DNA of 64,000 nucleotides from a virus: IMG/VR virus record IMGVR_UViG_3300042197_002762, positions 32,001 to 96,000 of that record; one strand, 5' to 3'. Shown piece by piece: positions 56,028 to 64,000 of this stretch (position 1 is its first letter; each line of letters starts with the position of its first letter). The notes under the pieces were generated by a model. It saw only the letters and a program-made list of their open reading frames with translations, ran no database searches and was not told where the DNA came from. The position numbers and the translations under genes were made by a program.

Positions 56028-57083
56028 ATGTCTGAAATTGTTAAGATAAAAAAAGTAGATTTTTATCATGTAGTAGATAATCGTATTAATACCACAGTTA
56101 ATTCTTATAGTGGTCATGGCGATGTTTCTTTTTTTGATAATCAGATTTTTACTGGAACTATATTGAACCCCAGTGGATTGCAACCTGTTATATATTTTAC
56201 TACTGGAGTTTTAGTTGGTGATATAAATGATGGTAGTGGTTCTTATACCTGGCAAAATTTAGAATTAACACATCCTGGTCAACAAACTAGGGTATATTTA
56301 AACTACGCTACTGGATTTAAACCAGCTGAAAATATAATCGAATTTATAGATAACACGGGATTTGGTCTACAAAATGGCGATTATATAAGTATTGCAGATT
56401 TCTTATTTTATTATAATACTGGTGCGAATAATCCAGGACAATTTAGTTCTCCACAAAATTTATTAAATAATCTAAATTCTGGCGCGACAGGTGGTTTAAA
56501 TGATCAAGGGTACACACTTTTGCAAACTCTTGTTGGCATAACTGGATATCAAATTGATAATAAATTATTTTTATCTTCTTATTTAAGAAGTGGGGAAGAC
56601 GGTAATAATATTAGAGTATACAGAGATTCAATAAATTTAAATTCTATTAAAATTCATAATAGATACTTTACTGGTGGGGAAAGTTATCGGCCTAGGGTAA
56701 ATTCATGGATAGGATCTTTTTCTGGGGTATTCAATCTAACCGTAGAAAATTCAGGATTTTACACAAGATATATTGAACCTATAGAATTATTCCCTAATAT
56801 ATCAGGTATTCTATGGGAAGATAATTTTAGCGGCAATTATTTTGTATTAACTGGATTAAAAGATCCTAGAAGTCCCCAAAATTATTCTGGGGTTAGAGTA
56901 TTATTTAACACTGAAATTGGCCAATTTTCTGGTTCAGCTATTATACCATTAAACCAATCTACAGTTTATACGGGTCTTAATATTGAAATCTTAAAACCAA
57001 ATCCATATAATATTTCTGGTAATAGATTTCAATATATTATTAGCGGAAATGATATCTTTTACACAGATATTTTAGAAGGATAA
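56028..57083 (+). CDS. Tail-associated structural protein (TG/SG-rich)
   Basis: Composition similar to 49616..52912; in the same operon. Confidence 0.55.
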   Translation: MSEIVKIKKVDFYHVVDNRINTTVNSYSGHGDVSFFDNQIFTGTILNPSGLQPVIYFTTGVLVGDINDGSGSYTWQNLELTHPGQQTRVYLNYATGFKPAENIIEFIDNTGFGLQNGDYISIADFLFYYNTGANNPGQFSSPQNLLNNLNSGATGGLNDQGYTLLQTLVGITGYQIDNKLFLSSYLRSGEDGNNIRVYRDSINLNSIKIHNRYFTGGESYRPRVNSWIGSFSGVFNLTVENSGFYTRYIEPIELFPNISGILWEDNFSGNYFVLTGLKDPRSPQNYSGVRVLFNTEIGQFSGSAIIPLNQSTVYTGLNIEILKPNPYNISGNRFQYIISGNDIFYTDILEG

Positions 57084-57088
57084 AATAT

Positions 57089-57664
57089 ATGTCAAATTAT
57101 AATAAAATAGGAATTACTAGACCTACTGCTGGACAAGCGCACCCATTTAAAATTGATATAGGCAAAAAGGGGACAAGATCTGATGGAACTCCTATTTATT
57201 ATTTAGCTGTTAATTATCATTCTAGACTATTTACGGGAATGGGAAAAACTAGTAAATATTTACAATGGTTAAAAATTCCAATTAAAGGTTTAGATTTTCC
57301 ACAAGATGTACCATCTTCATTTCCTGGTCAAAATTATTATTGTGTTTTAAAAGTTACTGTAAATAATTTAAGCGCTGAAGAAGCTGAAATTATATGGGTT
57401 TCAAATGATAAAACAGTTAATGAATTACAGCCCGTCACTTTTGAAGGAAGTGATAATCTAAAACAGGTAGAAGCAAGAATCATTATAGGTGTTTTTGTTT
57501 CAGACGATGAAGCTGTAGCTGGACTTCCTGGAAACGAAAGTGCTGTTAATACCGCATATATAATGCAAAATATTAATACAAATTTATTAATGTGCAATAT
57601 GGTTTTTGATGGTGCGCCAATTATATACCCTGTTCCATTTGCAGGCGGTAGATTAAACTTCTAA
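57089..57664 (+). CDS. Hypothetical tail-associated protein
   Basis: ORF track, operon context. Confidence 0.6.
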   Translation: MSNYNKIGITRPTAGQAHPFKIDIGKKGTRSDGTPIYYLAVNYHSRLFTGMGKTSKYLQWLKIPIKGLDFPQDVPSSFPGQNYYCVLKVTVNNLSAEEAEIIWVSNDKTVNELQPVTFEGSDNLKQVEARIIIGVFVSDDEAVAGLPGNESAVNTAYIMQNINTNLLMCNMVFDGAPIIYPVPFAGGRLNF

Positions 57665-57666
57665 TT

Positions 57667-59403
57667 ATGGCCGTAAAAATAAATAAACATGTTTTTCATG
57701 GTATATATAGTAATTTTGGTTACAAACCGTTTTTTACTTTAGATAAATTATGGGCGGATTATCCGATACATACTAAAAGGGCAATTTTTGGAGCTAAAGA
57801 TCCAGACAGTTCTGGCGGGGGGACTGGAGGTACTCCAGAAAAACCACCCGAATTTAAAGATGAAGAAGAAGCTTTAAAATGGTATAAAAAAACTCAATAC
57901 GGAAAAACAGAGTTCGAAAAATTAAAATTTCCAGAAGATTTTTGTAAAAATTACTTTACTATTCCAGAAACAGAATTTTCTAAATATAGACATTATTTTC
58001 ATGGAATGATTAAGTCTATTTTATTTAAATGGAACTATTCTATTGATTATAGTGGATCTCATAAAAATTTAAATGATTGTAGATGTTCTTCTAGCAGTAG
58101 CAGTAGTAGTAGTAGTAGTAGTAGTAGTGAAGAACCTTCATCAGAAGAACCATCATCACAAGAACCATCTTCTTCTGATTATACAGGTGGCCAAAATGTA
58201 GCGTTAATGTTAAATATTCTTAAACTTTTAGAAGACGAAGAACTTTCAGTTATGCTACAGGATACTGGAACAGGTGGCGGAAGTAATACAGGTCCAGGGG
58301 GTGGTGGATCAGGTAATGGAGACGAAGATTGTTGTTATTGCCCTCCGTGCGATACGCCAGAAGAGGATAAATCAAAGGTTAAATGTTCATCAACTTTTAA
58401 TGCAAAATTTTCTGTAGATATAGATATTGATACAAAAAAAATCTTTGAAATTCCAGAATTACAAACGCGTATAGGAGCAATTAAGATATATAGAAACTTT
58501 AGGCCGTCATATGAAGATGATTCAAAAACAGAAGATGAGCTATATGATCAAGTTGGAAGATTATATAAAGAAAATTGGAAATTAGATCCCGAATGGAATA
58601 GTGAATTTAAATCAAAAAAAGAATTCCCAGATAATTCAACAAGAATAAATGACCCTGTAATTTTATCTTTGGGCGGTGCGGGGGGTTATGGTGGTGGCCC
58701 AAATCTTGCAACTGATAGTAACGGCTATCTTAATATAAATGTTCAGCTCGGCGGAAATAAAGGTAGCAATCCAGAAGAAATTATTAGTAACCAACAGCAA
58801 GCAAAAGAATCAAATAATCTAGGAAAAATTAAAGTTCAAGTAAACTCTAAAAACGCTTATTTTACTAGCGCTGGAGTTCGTTTTTCTATAGGAGTGTCAA
58901 CTATATGTTATATTAGATCACAGAAAAAATTTATGTGTTTTGTAGAAGTTTCTTCTGAAACTAGTGATAGTAAAAATCATTTCATTGAAGGTGATAGTCC
59001 AGAAAATTGGCAACAACTTTTCCCAATTGATGATTCGAATATTGATCCGTTAACAATTTTTTCAACATACGATTTAGATAAAAAAGAGAAAAAAGATGAA
59101 ACGTACTATACTTGCCCCAATGGAGATAAAACTGGTTTAAAATTAAAAAAAGATAAATTAAGTATTAAAATCGATGGTCAAACAGCGGAAATTGAAGTTT
59201 ATACTCCAGAAAAAACTGAATTTAAATATAAATCTTGGAAAACCGGAGTCTCAAAAACAGGTTGCGAAAATAAAGATCTAGATAAAAATTGTGGTACAGA
59301 TGAATACACAAAAAAATGGAATATTACTAAACCAACAATAGAATTTACTTCATGGAAAAATGACTTTTCTAAAGATAATGTTTTTCCGCCAAAAGTTGGT
59401 TAA
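57667..59403 (+). CDS. Low-complexity, Cys-containing hypothetical (tail-associated) protein with poly-Ser and Gly-rich linkers
   Basis: DCRC-S14-EEPSS; CCYCPPC; shares a 91-bp segment with 52978..56025. Confidence 0.6.
   Translation: MAVKINKHVFHGIYSNFGYKPFFTLDKLWADYPIHTKRAIFGAKDPDSSGGGTGGTPEKPPEFKDEEEALKWYKKTQYGKTEFEKLKFPEDFCKNYFTIPETEFSKYRHYFHGMIKSILFKWNYSIDYSGSHKNLNDCRCSSSSSSSSSSSSSSEEPSSEEPSSQEPSSSDYTGGQNVALMLNILKLLEDEELSVMLQDTGTGGGSNTGPGGGGSGNGDEDCCYCPPCDTPEEDKSKVKCSSTFNAKFSVDIDIDTKKIFEIPELQTRIGAIKIYRNFRPSYEDDSKTEDELYDQVGRLYKENWKLDPEWNSEFKSKKEFPDNSTRINDPVILSLGGAGGYGGGPNLATDSNGYLNINVQLGGNKGSNPEEIISNQQQAKESNNLGKIKVQVNSKNAYFTSAGVRFSIGVSTICYIRSQKKFMCFVEVSSETSDSKNHFIEGDSPENWQQLFPIDDSNIDPLTIFSTYDLDKKEKKDETYYTCPNGDKTGLKLKKDKLSIKIDGQTAEIEVYTPEKTEFKYKSWKTGVSKTGCENKDLDKNCGTDEYTKKWNITKPTIEFTSWKNDFSKDNVFPPKVG
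58145..58235 (+). repeat. 91-bp direct repeat, copy 2
   Basis: See 55904-55994. Confidence 0.9.
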
Positions 59404-60155
59404 GATTTTTTATTTTTATTTTTAATTCCACTAATAATAGTGAACATGGATAGTGGGGGAATATCATTTATACTACTCCAGTTTTCTGAGCCCTCCATTT
59501 TCTTTTGAACTGCCCGTTCTTTAATCTGTTCAAAAGAAATATTATATTCTTCCATTGTTTTTTGTAAAAGCGCAATTGGTTGAGTTGTCAACGTATTTGG
59601 TTCAACTTCAGTATCAACGTGAGTAGTTTTTCCCATTTCGTCATTACCAACAATATTAATTTTAAGAAAACTTCTTACGGCACGAATAAAAGCTCGATTT
59701 TCAGCAATCGCCATTAGAAAGTTTTTAGCAAAATCTTTTGTATTGTCTAAATGGGCGTCTGCTAAAGCAGAGAACGAAACTTCTTGCATGCTTGTTTCGT
59801 AATTGGGTAACCAATCAATGGTGCATTTTACAGCAACATAATCTGGTTGAGCTTGAATTACTTCATAAGAAACATTTTTATAACCCCTGATTTGAGCAAG
59901 TTCTTTAATACCAGCCAAAAGAATAAGCAATTGATTATCTGCTAAAGATGTCACATCGATTTCTTTAAGATTGATATCTTTTTGATTTTTAAAAGCATCA
60001 CGGTTGGGAACAAGATATTCTTTATTAATCATTGCTCTCCAATTTATGGTATTATCTGGATGGAAAATATAATCTACGCACTCTAAAAGACCATTCACAT
60101 CTCTTTTAAATTTATTTACAGTATCTTTATAACGATAAACGATTTTATCTGACAT
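59400..60155 (-). CDS. Rad52/Sak-like ssDNA-annealing protein (putative)
   Basis: YVAVKCTI...FSALADA...AIAENRAFIRAVRSFLKINIVGNDE pattern. Confidence 0.45.
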   Translation of the reverse strand: MSDKIVYRYKDTVNKFKRDVNGLLECVDYIFHPDNTINWRAMINKEYLVPNRDAFKNQKDINLKEIDVTSLADNQLLILLAGIKELAQIRGYKNVSYEVIQAQPDYVAVKCTIDWLPNYETSMQEVSFSALADAHLDNTKDFAKNFLMAIAENRAFIRAVRSFLKINIVGNDEMGKTTHVDTEVEPNTLTTQPIALLQKTMEEYNISFEQIKERAVQKKMEGSENWSSINDIPPLSMFTIISGIKNKNKKS

Positions 60156-60190
60156 GCTCTGATTATGGCACTATTTGGTCAATTTGTCAA
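60156..60190 (-). promoter_or_regulatory. sigma70-type leaderless promoter
   Basis: TTGACA-N17-CATAAT-CAGAGC-ATG on the minus strand. Confidence 0.8.
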
Positions 60191-60193
60191 ATT

Positions 60194-61402
60194 TTATTTG
60201 TAGAACAAACAGTAATCCGAATCATTTTGTATCAACAGATCTAAATTTGCTATATCTGATATTTGCTGAGATATATCTAAATTAGCATTTAACTCAATTG
60301 GCTTATTTTCTAAATAAGCCGCTTTACTTAAATATACATTATTATTTGCGAATAATAATTTTTTGCTACGATAAAATGTACTATTTTTAATTAAATTAAA
60401 ATCTTTATTCGGGTATTCTATAACATTAATCGGTTCTTGATATTCAATTAAATCAAGCTTTTTTTGGTTAAGATCTTCTTTATTTCCATCTGGAAGTTCG
60501 TGAAAAATAAAATCTATTTTTATTCCAAAAGATCTTACCTGATCTATAAAATCAGTATCTATATTTTTATTTGTAACATCGTAAAAAATATTAACAATTT
60601 TATCTTTTAATTGTAGTAGTTTACTAATATCCAAAGGCTTATCCGTAATTAAGGCACAATTTCTTATATTTAAATTATTTAAAGTACAAATATAATCATT
60701 TTCTTGTATTTGATCAATATAATCGAATCTTATATTTAGGAGAACATTTGAAAAAATATTCGGTGGTAAAATAATAGAAGGAATTGATTCTAGTAAAAGA
60801 GTTCCGTACTTATCTCCGATAAAAGTAGTTTTTTGATTTATTGTTTTATTAATATTTAATAATTCTAAAATTGAATTAGCAATTTCTTCTGGTTTAATAT
60901 TATTTATTGTTTTGGGGTTTTCTTCTGCCGCATAAGATGGTTTTTTACCATTTAAATCTGCTTGTATTAATTTTATATTTTTTGATGTAGACCAGTATGG
61001 TCTAGATTGAGAAGCATACATATTACAATATAATGCGACAATTTTTTTATCAAAATAAGAAGCTATATGTATAGGAAAACTATCTACCCCAAAATGCAAT
61101 AAAGAATTATTTATAATATAGGCTGTTTGATTGAAATTTGTTTGACCCATTAATTGAAAACAATTATTATATCCAGACTCATTTGGACCCCCAATTTGTA
61201 TAATGCCTATACCATTTTCAGAAAGAATTGGAGAAATTAAATCTATAACGTCTTGCCAATAAGAATATTTACGAGAGTTAAATTTACCGAAAGGATTAAA
61301 CGTTATATATTTCTCAAATGGCACAGGGTAATATTTTTCATAGATAAAAGGTTTATCTATTTTTAACCCACAATTTAAAGCGTATTGTTCTAAAATATGC
61401 AT
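60194..61402 (-). CDS. GT9-like glycosyltransferase (C-terminal-half-type domain) with an extension
   Basis: IIQIGG...LMGQTNFNQTAYIINNSLLHFGVDSFPIHIASYFDKKIVALY. Confidence 0.75.
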   Translation of the reverse strand: MHILEQYALNCGLKIDKPFIYEKYYPVPFEKYITFNPFGKFNSRKYSYWQDVIDLISPILSENGIGIIQIGGPNESGYNNCFQLMGQTNFNQTAYIINNSLLHFGVDSFPIHIASYFDKKIVALYCNMYASQSRPYWSTSKNIKLIQADLNGKKPSYAAEENPKTINNIKPEEIANSILELLNINKTINQKTTFIGDKYGTLLLESIPSIILPPNIFSNVLLNIRFDYIDQIQENDYICTLNNLNIRNCALITDKPLDISKLLQLKDKIVNIFYDVTNKNIDTDFIDQVRSFGIKIDFIFHELPDGNKEDLNQKKLDLIEYQEPINVIEYPNKDFNLIKNSTFYRSKKLLFANNNVYLSKAAYLENKPIELNANLDISQQISDIANLDLLIQNDSDYCLFYK

Positions 61403-61403
61403 A

Positions 61404-63323
61404 TTATTTATTTATATCAAATTGAATTATATCTTTACCGTTATGCAAGTAATTAAGCATTCTTTGAGTTCCAATATGTGGTAAAAAAGCCATTTCAAAA
61501 AATCCTTTATGGTCACCAGCGCCCTCCAACCACAATAAATTATCCATTTGGGGAATATATGGAATAACTTTATGTATATAAGGATTTCCTATCAAGATAT
61601 CAAAATATTCTTGCTTGGTAGCTATATAAAGATTATATTCAGGGTATACTTCTTTAAAAGATTTAAATAGGCTTGTAACCATAAAAACATCCCCAATACT
61701 TTCTGGAATAACAATTAACGCTCTTTTTCCATAGTCATCTTTATCTAAAAGGTCTTCAAAGTTGATAGGATTGTTTTTAGACAATTCTTCTTTAGCGACT
61801 TGTCTAAAATAATTTTCAATTTGTTCTTTAGGAACTTTTTGTTCTATTTTTTGCAACCAATGAATTAAACCTTCATCTTGATCCGTAACTTCTCTATCTA
61901 AAATTAATTTATATAAAGATTTAATCCATTCTTTATCGTCTGAATTAACTTCTACTTTGGCATCTGGATTTGGGCTATTATTGGAATTAGTATTAAAATC
62001 GAAATCTTCATCATTTAAAAGATTTTGGTTATCAATAAATTCTGCAATTTTGGATCCATTTACTTCTATTGCATAGTTATCTAAAGCCCATTTTCTGGAA
62101 TCTTTTTCCATTTTATATCTGAGTTGTGGCTTCATTTCATATACTTTCTTAAAAATTTTAGAAAGTTCATACGCAGAAGGTTGAGATTTTAGAAATTGCG
62201 TTCCATGTTCCGTATAAAAAGTAAACTTCATAGGAATACTTCCTTTATTGTATTCTATAATATCCTCACCAAAAGAATAAGAACATGTGGTAATAATTTT
62301 TTCAGTCAAAGCGGCTTCCACACAAGGTAATTCACAAGCTCCAGACGTTGCTGGATGAGAGTATAAAGAAAATATATTATATATTTCATTTAATTGCTCG
62401 TCTGTGACACCAAGGCCGACATTAGCTGTAATTAAAGTTTTTCTTTTTGTGATTGGATTTTCGATATCTTGACCATGAAATGGCGCAATAAAATATTGGC
62501 GCGTTTCTTTACAAACATATGTACATAGAACTTCTCTAGGGTCAACTCCATATTGTTGACATAAACGGTGAATATCCCATCCTTCCCCATAATGAGTATG
62601 TGTATATAAAAATGTATTTTTAATTTCAGGATTATGTTTTTTAAATAACGCGTATGCTTCAATTTGCGTATTGACTAATTTACGTAATTGATTTCTAAAA
62701 ACAAACCCGATGATAAAAGCATCTTGGGGCAAACCAAATCTCGCTTTAATTTCTGCAATTTTACTATCAGATAATTTATAAAAATTATTAGTATTAACTA
62801 GAGGATATTGATTTTTTACATTGTTAAACCCTAATTTATGAAATTCTTTTCTGGCAAAATCGCTCCATGTCCAATAATTATCTATTGTTTTAGCTTTTTC
62901 AACTGTATCTGGAAGTAATGGTAAAGAATCAAACGTGTTCCAGCATACGGTGGGTATTTTTTTAAAGAATGGCATTTCTGAAACAAATTGAGATCCCCAT
63001 GTGTCATTAATTGAAAAAATTACATCAGGTTTAAAATCTTTAACTATATTAGTTATTTCTAAAGCCCCATACGCAGCATTACGTGCAAGATTTGGATCTT
63101 GGTTAATTTGTTGTATTTTTTGTGGATCGTCAGGAAGAACCCCAACTGTTTTCCAAGGATACTTTTGAGTATGTGGGCCGTGTTTTGGGGTTCCTTGAGC
63201 TGCATTTAAGATATCATATTTTCCTGTTTTGTATAGATAAGTTAATAGCAATTTACATTGTTTACCAAACCCCGTAAAAGCGCCAGCGTAATCTGTTAAA
63301 AATAAGACTCTTTTTTTACGCAT
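61404..63323 (-). CDS. GT4-like glycosyltransferase plus DUF4214-like helix bundle plus GT9-like N-terminal domain
   Basis: TGFGKQ; FIIGFVFRNQLRK; LPCVEAAL; WIKSLYKLILDRE.....GLIHW; VIPESIGDVFMVTSLFKSFKEVYPEY. Confidence 0.8.
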   Translation of the reverse strand: MRKKRVLFLTDYAGAFTGFGKQCKLLLTYLYKTGKYDILNAAQGTPKHGPHTQKYPWKTVGVLPDDPQKIQQINQDPNLARNAAYGALEITNIVKDFKPDVIFSINDTWGSQFVSEMPFFKKIPTVCWNTFDSLPLLPDTVEKAKTIDNYWTWSDFARKEFHKLGFNNVKNQYPLVNTNNFYKLSDSKIAEIKARFGLPQDAFIIGFVFRNQLRKLVNTQIEAYALFKKHNPEIKNTFLYTHTHYGEGWDIHRLCQQYGVDPREVLCTYVCKETRQYFIAPFHGQDIENPITKRKTLITANVGLGVTDEQLNEIYNIFSLYSHPATSGACELPCVEAALTEKIITTCSYSFGEDIIEYNKGSIPMKFTFYTEHGTQFLKSQPSAYELSKIFKKVYEMKPQLRYKMEKDSRKWALDNYAIEVNGSKIAEFIDNQNLLNDEDFDFNTNSNNSPNPDAKVEVNSDDKEWIKSLYKLILDREVTDQDEGLIHWLQKIEQKVPKEQIENYFRQVAKEELSKNNPINFEDLLDKDDYGKRALIVIPESIGDVFMVTSLFKSFKEVYPEYNLYIATKQEYFDILIGNPYIHKVIPYIPQMDNLLWLEGAGDHKGFFEMAFLPHIGTQRMLNYLHNGKDIIQFDINK

Positions 63324-63332
63324 ATTAATGTA

Positions 63333-63767
63333 TTATAAATACATTTGTTGCAATGTCAATTTTAAATATTCTTGAAGACGAAGAGTTTCTGCAAAATTTA
63401 ATGCAATACTAATTCCGCCAAGCTTAACTAAATAACCAACATGATTTTCATCACGGATAAATGGTTCAACAAAAATTGGTGTTTTACCAGCATGAACTGT
63501 AGACCATTTCTTTGCTCCATTAGATTGCAAAACTAATAAAACTTCAGCAATATCATTTTCGCTTAGTTTGATTCTTTTATGTTTTTCTGGATTATTTACA
63601 TTATCTTTGAATGTTCCATTTTTAGTTTCGTCATTCCATCCAGCTTGACGTATCATGTTTACATAAAAACCATTCTTTTTTTGATCTTCTTGATCTTGTG
63701 TTAAACCAAAAGTTATCCAAGCTCCAGTTACAGATTTTGTAGGTTTGCAAAAATCTAATTTTTTCAT
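63333..63767 (-). CDS. Hypothetical protein (possible PC4/Whirly-like ssDNA-binding fold)
   Basis: GFYVNMIRQAGW...IKLSENDIAEVL strand-helix pattern, weak. Confidence 0.5.
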   Translation of the reverse strand: MKKLDFCKPTKSVTGAWITFGLTQDQEDQKKNGFYVNMIRQAGWNDETKNGTFKDNVNNPEKHKRIKLSENDIAEVLLVLQSNGAKKWSTVHAGKTPIFVEPFIRDENHVGYLVKLGGISIALNFAETLRLQEYLKLTLQQMYL

Positions 63768-63773
63768 AAATGA

Positions 63774-63998
63774 TTATATTGCTTTTTTCAAAACATATCT
63801 AAGAATAAAGTCCAAAATTCTTAAAATTATAAATACCAAACCTATATATAGTATATTTCCTAATAGTAATGAAATTACTAAACTAACCCATGTAGTAAAA
63901 CAAATAATACATGAAAATAATTTCAGAAAAAATTTAGTAATAAATGATTTTGTAAAGCATCTTCTTGCGTATAAATATTCAATATAGCTATCAAAATT
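63774..63998 (-). CDS. Partial membrane protein entering from the right edge (DUF1360-like CxxC...W)
   Basis: Not in the track: ...YLYARRCFTKSFITKFFLKLFSCIICFTTWVSLVISLLLGNILYIGLVFIILRILDFILRYVLKKAI*. Confidence 0.6.
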   Translation of the reverse strand, partial: NFDSYIEYLYARRCFTKSFITKFFLKLFSCIICFTTWVSLVISLLLGNILYIGLVFIILRILDFILRYVLKKAI

Positions 63999-64000
63999 TA

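Noticed and set aside
14172-57597. Numerous short antisense or nested ORFs in the track (for example 14172, 16612, 24624, 30620, 35372, 41032, 44853, 57337)
   Set aside because: They overlap long, motif-supported genes and show no independent signals
63745-63987. Plus-strand 80-aa ORF
   Set aside because: Antisense to a more credible minus-strand membrane-protein ORF (63774..>63998) in a leftward operon
1-64000. Alternative genetic code, diversity-generating retroelement, tRNA genes, integrase/att sites, introns or inteins
   Set aside because: Long ORFs are intact in the standard code; no reverse transcriptase or TR/VR pair (the 91-bp repeat differences are not adenine-specific); no cloverleafs, recombinase or intein motifs recognised

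Overview
A 64-kb segment of a large, AT-rich tailed dsDNA bacteriophage, most likely a long-tailed siphovirus because it has a tail tube and a 2516-aa tape measure protein but no sheath gene. From left to right: (i) 1-1212, a visibly GC-richer block of short leftward early genes driven by near-identical leaderless sigma70-type promoters; (ii) 1213-1753, a repeat-rich non-coding divergence region (candidate origin or genome end); (iii) 1.9-10.7 kb, accessory genes (glycosyltransferases, Hsp20, PhoH, a GH5 hydrolase, fibre and LRR proteins, peptidases); (iv) 10.7-59.4 kb, a rightward late region (phage sigma factor, ERCC4 nuclease, TerL, portal, fibres, lysis cassette, protease/scaffold, capsid, neck, tube, chaperones, TMP, tail tip and Ser/Cys-rich fibres); (v) 59.4-64 kb, a leftward block (annealase-like protein, more glycosyltransferases). 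Main observations: the TMP carries five G[YF][IV]PNF repeats that delimit non-helical cassettes, two with PD-(D/E)xK nuclease-like signatures and one possibly ADP-ribosyltransferase-like; independently expanded poly-Ser/Ser-Pro tracts in tail proteins co-occur with five glycosyltransferase-like genes (candidate virion O-glycosylation system); and an RTGTAA element precedes most late transcription units. No tRNA, rRNA, CRISPR array, integrase or reverse transcriptase was recognised. All family assignments come from motif reading by eye, not from database searches.
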